Shown here piece by piece: positions 12,985 through 27,152 of a DNA stretch of 64,000 nt (positions are counted from its first letter, which is position 1; each line of letters begins with the position of its first letter). Origin of the DNA: Eledone cirrhosa (taxonomy: Eukaryota); the NCBI GenBank assembly GCA_964016885.1, contig OZ024742.1, forward strand, positions 316,014,001 to 316,078,000, read 5' to 3'. The translations under genes and the position numbers were made by a program. Under the pieces are notes generated by a model that did not search any database, was not told the origin of the DNA, and saw only the letters and a program-made list of their open reading frames with translations.

Positions 12985-13480
12985 CGTTTCTGAATTTGTT
13001 TAGCAAGATTCTTTATCTGAAAACGTGTGTTGAAACCGATATTGTTATACTTTGGGAGGGTCATGTTGCCAATAAGAAACACACGCACCAGTTGCTTTCA
13101 CTTCAATTTATTATAATAAATTTATAAATTTATAAATTTAGGAATTTATAAATTTCCGGTTGGTTGGTTGGTTCCACAACCAGATGGTTGTTTATATATT
13201 GTCAAAGTTCTTTCGTCACACATTCTGTGACCTCTTCAGTGACTGGGGATTCTTTTCTTTGTTTTTGTGCCTCTCCTTTGTTCTGTTCTACGCCATCTTG
13301 TTTTTGTGTGTGTGTTGTGTGCTTAGTTTGCGCATGTGTTACATTCGGGTGTCTGTGTGTGTTTATATTCATTTACTTATTTGTTTATTTACATGTTACT
13401 GGTTGGTTGTTTGTTCTATGTGTGTGTGTGTGTTTTCATTTTGTCCTTAATTGTAAGTTGTGATGTTGCTGTTCCACTCA
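12982..13480 (-). mobile_element. Penelope pLTR-like fragment with hammerhead at 13201-13243
   Basis: GTCA-CTGAAGA-g-GTCACA-gaatg-TGTGAC-GAAA-GAACTT-TGAC; 12982-13192 recurs inverted at 54955-55158 and diverged at 56440-56580. Confidence 0.75.
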
Positions 13481-13904
13481 TGTATATATATATATATGGT
13501 TACAATTTTTTGAAGAAACCGAATATTACCTTTTTCTTCCGTAAAAGAATGGGTTATGTACCAGTAATATCTAATTGAATTTAAACCACCATTCCAAAGT
13601 AATCTATTTGAACCCCAAAATGGTCCGCAAGATCTTATTCAAATGTATTATTTATTATCTAGCTTTATAATGTTCAGTTTGAGAATGGAAGGCTTCGACG
13701 TAAACCTCTCATTAGAGTACAATTTATATATGTTCCATCTCAATTAACACTCAATTGAGGAAGACTTGAATGTAAGCCTTTAATTAGACAATACCTCTAC
13801 ACTACACCTCAATAATCCATATGTATTGTGTACCACAATCCATATGTGTTGTGGATAATTAGTCAACAAACTAAAAATTAGAGGCCATTATTTTAACCGT
13901 CGTT

Positions 13905-14352
13905 AGGCGCTGGATTGGCAGAACTGTTTGAAAGTCTGACAATTCCGGTGATTCTCCCGGTCTTTTTTACATTTTCAGCTTAAATCACACTGATGTCATC
14001 TGTACCTTTCTTCTTGTGCGGTCGCTAAAATAAAATACTAATCAAGTGCTGTGATTGATAAAATCGACATTTCTTGCCCTCAAATTGCTGATCTAGTGCT
14101 TCAATTAGAAATCATTATTTTAATTCTCGTAAGGGCGGCGGATTGGCAGTATCGGTAGAGGGTCGGGCGCCCTGCTCTGCAGCATAGAGTTCCGGCCCTC
14201 TGTGATCTAAGTTCAAATCCCGCCGAGGTTAACTTTGCCTTTCATCCTTACGGGGTTGATAAAACAATGGACCAGTCACCCACTGGGGTTGATTTAATCG
14301 ACTTTCCCCCTACCCCAAAATTGCTGGCCTTGTGCCTATATAAGAAACCAAT
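13905..14352 (+). mobile_element. Two tandem Deu/Nin-type SINE copies (old copy, then long-tail copy 14134-14352)
   Basis: A/B boxes and central domain as at 9832. Confidence 0.8.
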
Positions 14353-14903
14353 ATTTTAATTCTCGTTGGATGGTGCATTGGCTGTCTCGCTAGAGCATTG
14401 TACAACCACTTTATCACCAGCCGATAAATCATCCCAACGCTGTCAGCATATCCCATTCTGTAACTGAATACTTCTATGTTGACTGAGACGATCCCAAATT
14501 ATATGTAATATAATATAAGGGTTAAGATGTTTATGATGAACATATATATACTGTTTAGTTAGGATGAGAAGGAAAATGCTCATGAACCTTTTCAAGGACT
14601 CGGAGACTGGTGAGACGGAGAGAAACGTAACCTCAAATGCCCGATTCACATACTTGCAACAGAGTAGATTCTGCTAAAATATATCCGGATTAAAGCAGTA
14701 GTATTAAACTGGATGACCGATTAAATCCACCACATGTAGAGAATTTTAAGCCGATACGTTTATCGTTAATATTAGCTAAAATATTTCCTCCGACAATGTA
14801 ACAATGAAAGGAGTAGCTAAATCTAGCAGAGCTCTACTTGTGGCTATATTTTACTATATCAATGCTTGGAGTTTTGCACACGCAGATTTTGAAAGTAATG
14901 ATG

Positions 14904-14935
<32 letters not shown>

Positions 14936-15740
14936 CACACACACTAACACACATACATATACACACACACTAACATACCCCCCCCCACACACACGCACAC
15001 ACACACACACTTACACACTTACACACTTACTCACTTACACACTAACATACACACACGCGCGCGCATACACGCCCATACAAACACACACATCCTGGTATGC
15101 TAAGGTGTGTGCCAAAAATCAACAAAAGTCAAGAAGTAACCTTTTTCAATTTATTTTCCTTCGACCTTCGATGTAACATTCATAGAATCTGATCTTCATT
15201 GTAGTCAACAGATTCTTTACTGTTAAACGGTATTAAAAAATCTATTAGAACAATCTTTCAGCATAAGGAAACTCGTATAGATATATACAAACGATCTTCA
15301 AATGTTTCTTAACTACAAATGTGCTATACTATCAACTTGTTTATCTGTCAGTTATTTTCTGGTTAGTGTTCCTGTGAGAATTACACTCGTTGCAGTTTAT
15401 ATTCTAATGTGTTATATAAATAATCTTTAACAATGTATAGTAACTTTCATTTAGGCTCAAGTCTACCCTAAATCAATTACCATTATCATAATATCCGTTG
15501 ATGTAATTTTTACATCAATTACTTTTAGTAATCTATTTGAAATAAATTAAATTTACACACCCACAAATATATAATTTATATGGATATTGATTAATAAAGA
15601 ATGTCTGTATTTTTTTTACTCATCTATTATTTAATTATGTAGGCAAATTGTCTAGTAGGTCACGTTCTTAATAAGTTGATACAGTCATCTTTGACATTTA
15701 AGATGGGAAACATTTTGCCAATATTAATGGTAAACGTTAA

Positions 15741-16923
15741 AACTGGTACTTTATTTTATTGACCCCGTAAGGATGAAAGGCAAAGCTAACCTCGACGGGA
15801 TTTGAACTCAGAACGCAAAGGGTTGTAAGTCTATGCTACAAAGTATATTGTCTGACGCTCTACCGATTCTGCTAATTCACCATCAAAGGTTAATAATGGT
15901 TTCTGATTTAGGCATTTAGGCACAAGACCAACAATATTTTCGTGGTGATGAGAAAATCGATTAAATCGACTCCAGTTCATTACTGGTTCTTTATTTTTAT
16001 CGACCCCGTTAGGATGAAAAACAAAGCTAAGCTTCGCCGGATTTGAACTCAGGTCGTAAAGGGCCGTAACTCTATGCCATAGAGCAAGTTATCCGATACT
16101 CCACCGATAATACTGTCAATCCACTGCTATCTTATTAAATAGTGGTTTCTAATTTAGGCTCTAGGCCAACAATTCTGGGGAGAGGAAAGTCCATCAAATC
16201 GACCCCAGTGCATTGCTGGTACTTTATTTTATCGACCCCGTAAGGATGAAAGGGAAAGCTAACCACGATGGGACTTGAACTCAGAACGTTAATGACCGTA
16301 ACTCTATGCTGCAAAGCATAGTGTCCGATGCTCTACCGATTCTGCCAATCTAACGTTAATAATAAATATACATTTATTCTCACTGTGTATTCTACGCTGT
16401 GGCAATATCGCAGCAGCACTAAATATATATTTATTATACCTAAACATATTGTACATGAGTCTATATACGGCTTTATTGTAAATCACATTGTACTAGTGCT
16501 ATCGCTAATGAAATTTCACATTTAAAATTTTCCAATTCAATAATAATTGTTTCTACTTTTGGCACAAGGCCAGCAATTACCCAGTGCATTACTGGTACTT
16601 TATTTTATCGACCCCGTAAGGATGAAAGGCAAAGTTAACCTCGACGGGATTTGAACTCAGACCGCAAAGAAACGTAACTATGCTAGAAAGCATGGCGTCC
16701 AACCCTCTACCGATACTGCCAATTCACCACAATAATAATTGTTTCTACTTTTGGCACAAGGCCAGCAATTACCCAGTACATTACTGGTACTTTATTTTAT
16801 CGACCCCGTAAGGATGAAAGGCAAAGTTAACCTCGGCGGGATTTGAACTCAGAATGGCAAGGGCCGTAACTCTATGTGTCAAAGCATGGCGTCCGACCCT
16901 CTACCGATACTGCCAACCCACCG
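15741..16923 (-). mobile_element. Cluster of five same-orientation SINE copies
   Basis: Copies at ~15741-15882, 15895-16130, 16143-16350, 16545-16729, 16737-16923. Confidence 0.85.
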
Positions 16924-17414
16924 ACAATAATAATATTCAAGAATTGGTACTGAAAGTTTAGTCTTTTTTAACTGCTAAATTAATTAAATCAGACTTTGAC
17001 ACCAGAACTATATATAGTTTTGAAATATTCCATTTGAATTAAAAGAATATAAATAGAACCCCCCCCTCTCCAAAAAAACCAACAACAACACAAAACAAAA
17101 AACAACAACAACAACAAAAACAAAAACAACAAAGATAAAACATATTGTTGTAAATAAGTGCATTAGTATTTATGAGACACTTCTAACGCATTCATTTGAT
17201 ATTTCAGTGTGTAAAATATTTTACTCACTTACACATTTGATTTTAGTCTTAGTGCTATATTTAAACTTGTTATTGAAGATAATATGATTATATTGGTATT
17301 TTCTGCTGAGTTGTTGTAGTTTTAGAGACTCCTAATATTCATAATTGTCGTTGAATTTCTTTTTGTGAGTGGGTTATTGATTTCTAACTCTTGTGTTTTC
17401 ATTTAGAGCTTAAT

Positions 17415-17652
17415 CTATATTATAAAAGACAAGCTGATTTCCGCCTGTCTGTCAGTCACACTATATATGTAGACAGAGGGAGGAAGGGGAGGAACCAAAA
17501 GAGGCAGGTAACCCTCGTCAAAACATATATATAGAAGGAGGGAAGAAAGGGATGAGAAAAGGTTGTTGCTCTTGAAAGAGAAACACAGTGTGTGTGTGTG
17601 TGTGAGAGAGAGAGAGTTAAAGAGAGAAAGAAAGAGAGAGAGAGAAAGAAAA

Positions 17653-17690
<38 letters not shown>

Positions 17691-18145
17691 TGTGTAAAAG
17701 AGAGATGGATCGTTTATGACGTCAGAATAAAAGTGATGACGAGAGACTAGAAAAAGGACTTTGAAGTGTATGTCTGTCAACACTTTCGTTTCTATGGTGT
17801 CAACACTCTACCTCCGATTTATCTTTCACACATACACTCTCTCTCTCACTGTATTTTTCTCTCATCAGCAACAACTTTTCACTCCTCCACTTTCTCTCCT
17901 CCTTCTACATATATGTTTGAAAAGTTGTTTTTTGTTGAGAGAAAGAAATACATTGAGAGAGAGAGAGAGACAGCGAGAGAAAGAGAGAAAAAGAGAGAGA
18001 GAGAGAGTGTTTGTGTGTGAAAGATAGATAGATAGTTTAAAGCATAATTCAGCAATACGATGACGTCATAATAACATAGGTACATACACGATTAACAAAT
18101 GTTTTTACCGGCAGCGTAGCGACTGGTTGTATATATACAAGTAGT
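17415..18145 (+). mobile_element. Possible Helitron-like element carrying (GA)n/(CT)n microsatellites
   Basis: Starts TCTATATTATAAAAG..CTGTCTGTCAGTC; ends with ACCGG..CTGGT hairpin and GTAGT; similar start at ~3958. Confidence 0.4.
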
Positions 18146-18486
18146 GATAGTATATTATGTATGGTGTTTCCACTTATATAAAATCTCATCTAGAGCCAGT
18201 GAATATCATTCACACAGATATACTTTTTTTCTTTCTCTTTACCTTTTCTTCCACCACAAGAACTGTCACTACTGCGCTGAACTAGCAAGCAGTATAACAT
18301 CTCTACATAATTCAACCGATATATCTGTTCGTCGTCCTCAGATTCCTCATTAAACATTTGTCTCATCATTCGCCTCTGGAGCAGCCACAATTTGCAATTT
18401 TTTTGCAGTCCACTCTTTGGTATATAAAATATTCTTATCAACTAAAATAGACAAACCTGTAAAAGAAAAGCTGTTGTCAAACATTC

Positions 18487-18554
<68 letters not shown>

Positions 18555-18558
<4 letters not shown>

Positions 18559-19144
18559 GCTGCCAACTCGTTTTCGAGTACGACCACTACTTTATATCCA
18601 TGTAGGAGAACCCCTACCGATACGCTAAACGAGTGTGACTTTTTAGTTCAGCCAGCGACTTGAAAACTGGTACAAACACTACACTTGTGACAATTATTGA
18701 CAAATACTGCTGGGCCCATGGTACCATATGACGACAAGTGCAGAGAGATCTCCAGATATAAAGCAATGCCTGTGCCGTGAAGCTTTTATTGTGAGCAAAA
18801 GGCACTGCACAAAGCCAGTTCCACTCTCTTAACCAAGATGATATTTACCAAAAAGAAGAACAAGTCAACATCATTGGATACCATCAGGGTTGCAGGTGTT
18901 ATATCAGAGTTTTCCTTCTCCTAGAATTCTGCCTTGACAAAGGCTAAGGGGTCATCTCTCCCGGTGATTTTGGATGGCCATTGACTCTTACGAGCTCCTT
19001 TGCCCTTTGACAGGTTTTGTTTTTAGTCCTGCAGGATGTCCAAAGTCACCCTCCTCACCAAGAAACCTTGGTGGGGTTGCCAGTTTAGTCGTCAAAGTCC
19101 CGACCATGAGACAGGTTGTATTGGGATACATGTTACCAGTAGCA
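18555..19144 (-). mobile_element. Non-coding RTE-related element
   Basis: Minus strand contains CTAGGAGAAGGAAAACTCTGA, which resembles RTE 5' UTRs; copies at 48552-49300, 49444-49755 and 63702-64000. Confidence 0.6.
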
Positions 19145-19159
19145 TATACATACATACAG

Positions 19160-19292
<133 letters not shown>

Positions 19293-19363
19293 CATATATT
19301 TGATATATATTTATCCATATCGAGCCCTCTTTGGATTTTAGTCTTCACATTTATTATTATTAC

Positions 19364-19688
<325 letters not shown>

Positions 19689-19733
19689 TAAGAGAGTAAA
19701 ACAAAGAATCCTTTAATACATCAAAAGTTTGTA

Positions 19734-19777
19734 TTAGCCGACAATGTTTCGTCCTATTAAGGACTCGTCAGGGCAAT
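19734..19777 (-). ncRNA. Canonical minimal type I hammerhead ribozyme
   Basis: GCC-CTGACGA-GTCC-ttaata-GGAC-GAAAC-att-GTC|GGC; GUC cleavage site. Confidence 0.85.
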
Positions 19778-20573
19778 CAAAACAACAAGAGGTAATTTTG
19801 GCAGATACAAGCCAGAAACTCTGAAGAATATGGAGTTTACATACACTAAAGTCTTACAAAGATATACGATAATAAAAATGAAGATAAAAATAATAAAATT
19901 ATAATAACTAAGGATGTAGATAACATTAAGAACCATATTACAAATATAGTCCAAAGTCACCAACTTAAATCTAAACAAATTTGGTTATATAGAGCAGGAA
20001 TTATATATAACACAGTATAATACATTATAATAATAATATATCTATACCAACATTAAAATTCCAAATTAAAAATCAAAAGGTACAATATATACATGTATAT
20101 ATGTGCGCGCACACACACACACACACATATTACAATACACATATCTATTTTCCATTACACAGAAATTAAGCCCTATTGGAAGTTTGCACATCAAAAATAT
20201 CAAAAATAAGCATGGTAATAGTGAAAATAATGCTAATACATCTACCCAATATACATGAGGCAATAATATGATATAATTACAAGAAACACTTATAATAAAT
20301 AATAAACAACAAAATTATATAATACAATACAATATAATAAAGTAGAATATATAAAGTAGAATATATAATAATCCCCGGTTAATTTACAGAAACAATATAG
20401 ATGTCACAGTGAAATACGATGATAAAATGTTAACATTATATTAACAATTACTATAAACAATATGTACAACATGATTCATACTGGGTTACATAATAAATGA
20501 GGAAATATCAATCATATAATATAATACTATAATACTCAAAAAACTATATTGGTACACGCTCCAGTATTCTAAT

Positions 20574-20625
<52 letters not shown>

Positions 20626-20701
20626 TTATGTATATTTATATATATATGTATATATATCTGTATATATATATATATGTATATATATATGTATATATATATA
20701 C

Positions 20702-20758
<57 letters not shown>

Positions 20759-20769
20759 AATATATATGT

Positions 20770-20810
<41 letters not shown>

Positions 20811-20919
20811 GAAACACACAGATACATGCGGACACACACATATATACATGAATGCATCCGCACCCAACTGTGAGTTAAGGGTGCCAACTTCACCGATGTT
20901 GCTCAAATATATATATATA

Positions 20920-21130
20920 TAGTAATAATAATAAATTTGAAGACTAAAATCCAAAGAGGGCTCGATAAGGATAAATATATATCAAATATATAAGGACCGT
21001 AGAGCAAATATTTATTAAAATAACAGATTAAAGTTTAAGCAAAGAATCGCTGCTTTCACCCTTAACGGGATCTTCAGATGATCCCGTTAAGGGTGAAAGC
21101 AGCGATTCTTTGCTTAAACTTTAATCTGTT

Positions 21131-21139
<9 letters not shown>
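20920..21139. mobile_element. Fold-back short element; apex on a hammerhead-like core
   Basis: Arms 21022-21072 / 21080-21130, spacer TTCAGAT; minus strand CTGAAGA-tCCCgttaaGGGt-GAAA; family pieces at 7255, 8195-8288 and 19295-19364. Confidence 0.75.
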
Positions 21140-21182
<43 letters not shown>

Positions 21183-21185
<3 letters not shown>

Positions 21186-21721
21186 AAAGTTCTATTTAAA
21201 ATTGTTGGGATACAACAAGTAAATATTTTTATAACTGATATAAAGCACTCGACAAATTTTTGGAGTAGATATACGATATTAATAAATGGAAACTATATTT
21301 ATAAAACCATATTTATTTCATTATACATATTTCAGGGATACCACATTAAATTATGGTATGCCTTCATCAGACAAAATACAATATATAACAGTTTTACAAA
21401 TAGGTTTGACGTACCCTTTAAGATACAACCATTACTTTTGGAGGCTGTCTGGATAGTGATTTGTTCATATAATAAGTCATAGTGTTAAGCACAATTAGAA
21501 AAAGACAGAGAGTGCTTAACATATGATATGAACAAATCACTATCCAGACAGCCTCCAAAAGTAATGGTTGTATTTTAAAGGGTACGTCAAACCTATTTGT
21601 AAAACTGTTATATATTGTATTTTGTCTGATGAAGGCATACCATAATTTAATGTGGTATCCCTGAAATATGTATAATGAAATAAATATGGTTTTATAAATA
21701 TAGTTTCCATTTATTAATATC

Positions 21722-21727
<6 letters not shown>
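21183..21727. mobile_element. Fold-back short element with two hammerheads (21314-21378 minus, 21618-21682 plus)
   Basis: Arms 21269-21492 / 21512-21727; TATTTTGT-CTGATGA-AGGCATACCA..TGGTATCCCT-GAAA-TATGTATA-ATGAAATA; relative at 57703-57995. Confidence 0.85.
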
Positions 21728-21796
<69 letters not shown>

Positions 21797-22126
21797 TATA
21801 TATATATAAAATTTTGGTATGTTTATATACATTTTTTCTTCTAACTTTGATTTTATACCTAATTGTGTATGGTTGACGAAATATTTAATCGATTCCCACG
21901 TGCTATTGGAAATGCTGGGTAAATATTCTATGGCTGTTGATCGCGAATAGATAGCTGTCGTTTATTTATCTATTATTTCTTCATAGTTGTCTTTTAATCT
22001 TATAGCCTGGTTTAATTGGTTTTTTGTGTGGTTGATTATACTGATTGGTAGAGGAAATGGTGTATATATTTTATCACATGACTCTATTGATATACTTTAT
22101 TGTATATATATATATATATATATATA

Positions 22127-22778
<652 letters not shown>

Positions 22779-22832
22779 GTATATATATATATATTTATAG
22801 ACATATATGTTATATATATGTATTAATGTATG

Positions 22833-22884
<52 letters not shown>

Positions 22885-23025
22885 TACATATACATATGTA
22901 CATATGGGTTATATCGAACATTAATAATAATGTTCGATTCGTATGTAAACAAATGGCCCGATTTGAAGCTGAGCCATGCCGGTGATCGATCGTCACCTGT
23001 TTGTTCAACACTGGCTTTGAGGAAC

Positions 23026-23064
23026 AATCAACATGTTTCTAGGTCATTACTCTTCATCAGGACT
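23026..23064 (-). ncRNA. Minimal hammerhead motif
   Basis: AGTC-CTGATGA-agagtaatgaccta-GAAA-CATG-TT|GATT; palindromic stem III, imperfect stem II. Confidence 0.55.
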
Positions 23065-23337
23065 GTATATCTCTACCAGTCTGTTGAACGGTTGAAAAGA
23101 TATAGTATTTTCTTAAGTTCAGTTTGAAAGGAAGTTGCCCCTGAAATGGGGGATACACATGGAATAAAACAAGTTTCGCGTAAAACGGACCACGGATTCC
23201 CGAGATATGGGGTTTTCTGGGTACCATCATAAACAGAAAGAAAGAGAGAAGGATAGAGAGAAAGAGATAGTGGTTTTGAGAGAGTAGATTGAAAGAGAGA
23301 CATAGAGAGAGGGAGAGGAGACAGAGAAGGAGAATGG

Positions 23338-23366
23338 AAGAGAGAGGGAACTGGTGGTGTTTTTGA

Positions 23367-23402
<36 letters not shown>

Positions 23403-23431
23403 TCAAAAACACCACCAGTTCCCTCTCTCTT

Positions 23432-23433
<2 letters not shown>
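23338..23433. repeat. ~30-bp inverted repeat enclosing (TA)n
   Basis: AGAGAGGGAACTGGTGGTGTTTTTGAGT / ACTCAAAAACACCACCAGTTCCCTCTCT. Confidence 0.9.
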
Positions 23434-23483
<50 letters not shown>

Positions 23484-23710
23484 CTATGACCAGTGTATAT
23501 AGATCACAGAGACCCACACATATACACACACACACACACGTATATATATATATATATACAAATACACACATTTATATACATACACACACACACGTATATA
23601 TATGGGTCTTCCAGTTTCATTTCACATTATATACATGTCTGTGTATATTTTAATTATTTAAAAAATATTTCTAAGTGAACATGATTTAAAAAAAATATTT
23701 TGAAGTGAAC

Positions 23711-23784
23711 GTGACCCAACAGGTGACGGGTAGTCGAGTCAACTACCCGTGACCCAACAGGTGACGGGTAGTCGAGTCAACTAC
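23711..23784. repeat. 38-bp tandem duplication containing a hairpin
   Basis: GTGACCCAACAGGTGACGGGTAGTCGAGTCAACTAC x2. Confidence 0.9.
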
Positions 23785-24142
23785 TAAACATATCTACAGA
23801 AGCGACCTCATTGACAAATGTATCAACTACGAAAATATATATAGTTTGAGTGGCATCTTATGCACTTTAAATAGTACAGTTTTTAACAAGTGTAATCGGA
23901 AAACATTTACGATCTGATTTCAAATCCCGCCGAGGTTGACTTTGCCTTTCATCCTTACAGGGTCGATAAAATAAAGTACCAGTAATGCATTGGTTAATTG
24001 CTGGCCTTGTGCCTAAAGTAGAAACGATTATACTGTAAACATCGTAACGTCCCGTTTCACATGAAACTATATCGGTTATAGGAATGAAGGAATATCTAAT
24101 TCCTGCTCTTATCATACACATATTAAACACACACACACACAC

Positions 24143-24345
24143 ATCATCATCATCATCATCGTTTAACGTTTATCTTCCACGCTAGCATGGGTTTAGACGG
24201 GAATTGTCCCACTTGAGGCAAGATTGGTCGGGAGACCGTGTCTCGCTCGTATCGGACTGTCTGGCAGGTTTTCTACGGCTGGATGCCCTTCCTAACACCA
24301 ACCACGTTTACAGTGTGGACTGGGAGGTTTTTACCGTGTTACTTA
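24143..24345 (-). mobile_element. RTE-type 3' tail / RTE-dependent SINE fragment
   Basis: (CAT)n tail followed by GGCTGGATGCCCTTCCTAACACCAACC, a motif typical of RTE 3' ends. Confidence 0.6.
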
Positions 24346-24669
24346 CACGGCCACATTACAGCGTGGACTGTGTGATTTTTTGTCGGGACACCTACACGAT
24401 CTCATTTATTTTGGACTATATTTTAAAAATAACGTTGGGATAATCCACCGTGTAAGATGCGTGTCCATCTTATATAGACGAGGTTGATGGTATAATATAT
24501 AGGCTTGATTAATCGTATTAAATTACCTGTATTATATTACTTCACTTGCAGACATGACTAAATCTTAGTAATGTTGTAAATAGATAGGTCGGTGTGAATC
24601 AATTTACTTCTGTAAATATAATGAGTAATTATAAAGCTTGCAGAGGAGAGTCAGTTAAATTGATCTCAA

Positions 24670-25005
24670 TTACTGGTACTTCCTTTTATCGACTCCGTAA
24701 AGATAAATGGAAACGCTAACCTCGACAGAACTTGAACTCAGAACGTAAAGGGATGTGACTATATGCCGCAAAGCACATTGTCCGACGCTCTACCGATACT
24801 GTCAATCCAACATACATAATTGTTTTTACTTTTGGCACAAGGCCAGCAATTACCCAGTGCATTACTGGTACTTTATTTTATCGACCCCGTAAGTATGAAA
24901 GGCAAAGTTAACCTCGGCGGGATTTGAACTCAGAATGACTAGGGCCGTAACTCTATGTGTCAAAGTATGGCGTCCGACCCTCTACTGATACTGCCAATCC
25001 ACCGC
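24670..25005 (-). mobile_element. Two tandem SINE copies
   Basis: ~24670-24810 and 24817-25005; a partial plus-strand copy lies at 23910-24027. Confidence 0.8.
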
Positions 25006-25310
25006 CTATACATAATGATAGACATAAAGAAACCACCAACACATATAGTACTCAGCAATATGCAACAAAATTAAATAACCAAACAAAGATTTTCAAAAAA
25101 CACCTGCAACACCCACCTAATTTATTCAATTATTAATCAAAAACAGAACTATGCTACCCTCATTCAACTGCCCCACCAAGTAATACCCCCAACAATTCTT
25201 ATGCCAACACAATCATTTATTTCATTTTACCCCAAAAGAAAACTATTGTAGATTTCAATAGAACAAACAGAAAATACAAACCTAAAAGTTAAACATAAGA
25301 GACGAACCTA

Positions 25311-26348
25311 CAGAGTGGTCCGAAAGTATTGTCACCCCTACATGTTGTTTTAACTTTTATTATTTTTTGTTTTCATAATATAATATATAATATCATTAAT
25401 TATAATATATAAAGGTTAACTTTGCCTTTCATCCTTACGGGGTCGATAAAATAAAGTACCAGTCACGCACTGGGGTTGATTTAATCGACTTTCACCTCCC
25501 CCAAATTGCTGGTCTTGTGCCTATATAAGAAACCGCGGTGGATTGGCAGTATCGGTAGAGGGTCGGACGCCATGCTTTCCAGCATAGTTACGTCCCTTTA
25601 CGATCTGAGTTCAAATCCCGCCGAGGTTGACTTTGCCTTTCATCCTTACGGGGTCGATAAAATAAAGTACCAGTAATGCACTGGGTAATTGCTGGCCTTG
25701 TGCCTAACGTAGAAACAATTAATTATAATGTATAATTGTTTCTACTTTTGGCACAAGGCCAGCAATTACCCAGTACATTACTGGTACTTTATTTTATCGA
25801 CCCCGTAAGGATGAAAGGCAAAGTTAACCTCGGCGGGATTTGAGCTCAGATCGTAAAGGGACGTAACTCTTTGCGTCAAAGCATGGCGTCCGACCCTCTA
25901 CCGATACTGCCAATATACCGCCTATAATATATAATAATAATATCATTTTCTATTTCAGATGGCTGACACGAGCTCCTAGTTTGGAAGAGAGGTTGCTTTC
26001 AAGTGTATAGACACATGATCGTGTGCATTGTGGCATTAATATTATTAAGTTGGTAGTATCGGTAGAGCGTCAGACACCATGCTTTGCAACATTGTGCCTG
26101 AATTAGAAACCGGGGTCGATAAAACAAAGTACCAGTAATGCACTGGAGTAATTACTCCAGTGCATTACTGGTACTTTGCTGGCCAAAAGTAGAAACAATT
26201 ATTATTAAGAGCATGGAGGATGTGCGACATGACTTCACTGCAAGATTCGGCAAACCAGCTCCTCCGAAGAGGACGATACTGCGATGGGAACATAAACTGT
26301 TTCTCATTACTTTTTGGTAGGGGGTGACAAGACTTTCGTACCAACTTG
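25311..26348 (+). mobile_element. Internally deleted Tc1/mariner element with four nested SINE pieces
   Basis: TA|CAGAGTGGTCCGAAAGTATTGTCACCCCTAC ... GTAGGGGGTGACAAGACTTTCGTACCAACTTG|TA; HTH remnant KSMEDVRHDFTARFGKPAPPKRTILRWEHKLF; SINEs at 25413, 25535, 25733 and 26050. Confidence 0.85.
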
Positions 26349-26471
26349 TACATTAACTATCAACCAGAGCTATACGAAATTGCTAATTACCTAAATAAAG
26401 CAACAGGGAAATAAGCAACAGCCAACACTGTCCCCATAAACATTAATTTTATCTATAACAGATGTCTAGAT

Positions 26472-26800
26472 TAGTGGTCCCCAAACTTTTGTGTACCATG
26501 CCCCACCTCAACACCTAAAATATTTTATGCCCCCCTCCACCTCTTTGATATCTCAACAGCAATGATCAACTGCAACGTATAAACAAATTGGTGTATAGGT
26601 GGTGCCAGATACACAATAGCATGTGGAGGAGGAGGTGAGACAGGAGTTTCTGACAGTCATGCGTACCAAAGTAGCCTTGGTATAAAAGTAATAAAGTAAA
26701 ACCTTAAGCTTGTTCTCATTAATATCATTTTCACATAACCCCCTTAAATATTCAAAAATTTCCCCCCTGTGAAATGTACACCCTACTTTGAGAATCACTG
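26472..26800. mobile_element. hAT (Charlie-like) MITE
   Basis: TIRs TAGTGGTCCCCAAA / TTTGAGAATCACTG; 8-bp TSD-like GTCTAGAT / ATCTAAAT. Confidence 0.7.
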
Positions 26801-27152
26801 ATCTAAATAGTCAAACCAAATTATTTAACGACCCACTGACTCTCAATTTTATTTCATTTTTGCCATATATTTTTCCTTAGTTATTACTTGGTGTCATCAT
26901 AGATTCTCCTCTTCTAACGTTACCCCATTCGCCTTTTAAAACAAAATATAGCCACGTAGTCAAAGAGATAGACTTGAATCAGATTAAATCAAAACAAAGA
27001 GAGAAAGAAAATCTAGTAAAGCTAATATCATATTTGGAATCAGCATTCTAAATTTACTCTAAAACCACTGAAATATATGAAAACATTGTTTTGGCTCTTA
27101 ACGTGGTGGATACCTAAATGTATTCGTGAGTGAATAATAATATTATTATAAT

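Noticed and set aside
15741-16923. Regularly repeated units suggesting a CRISPR-like array
   Set aside because: Units are ~180-230-bp SINEs with Pol III boxes; no short repeat/spacer pattern, and the context is eukaryotic
17233-17330. Short open frame before a GTAAGT donor on the minus strand
   Set aside because: No convincing acceptor or recognisable protein motif
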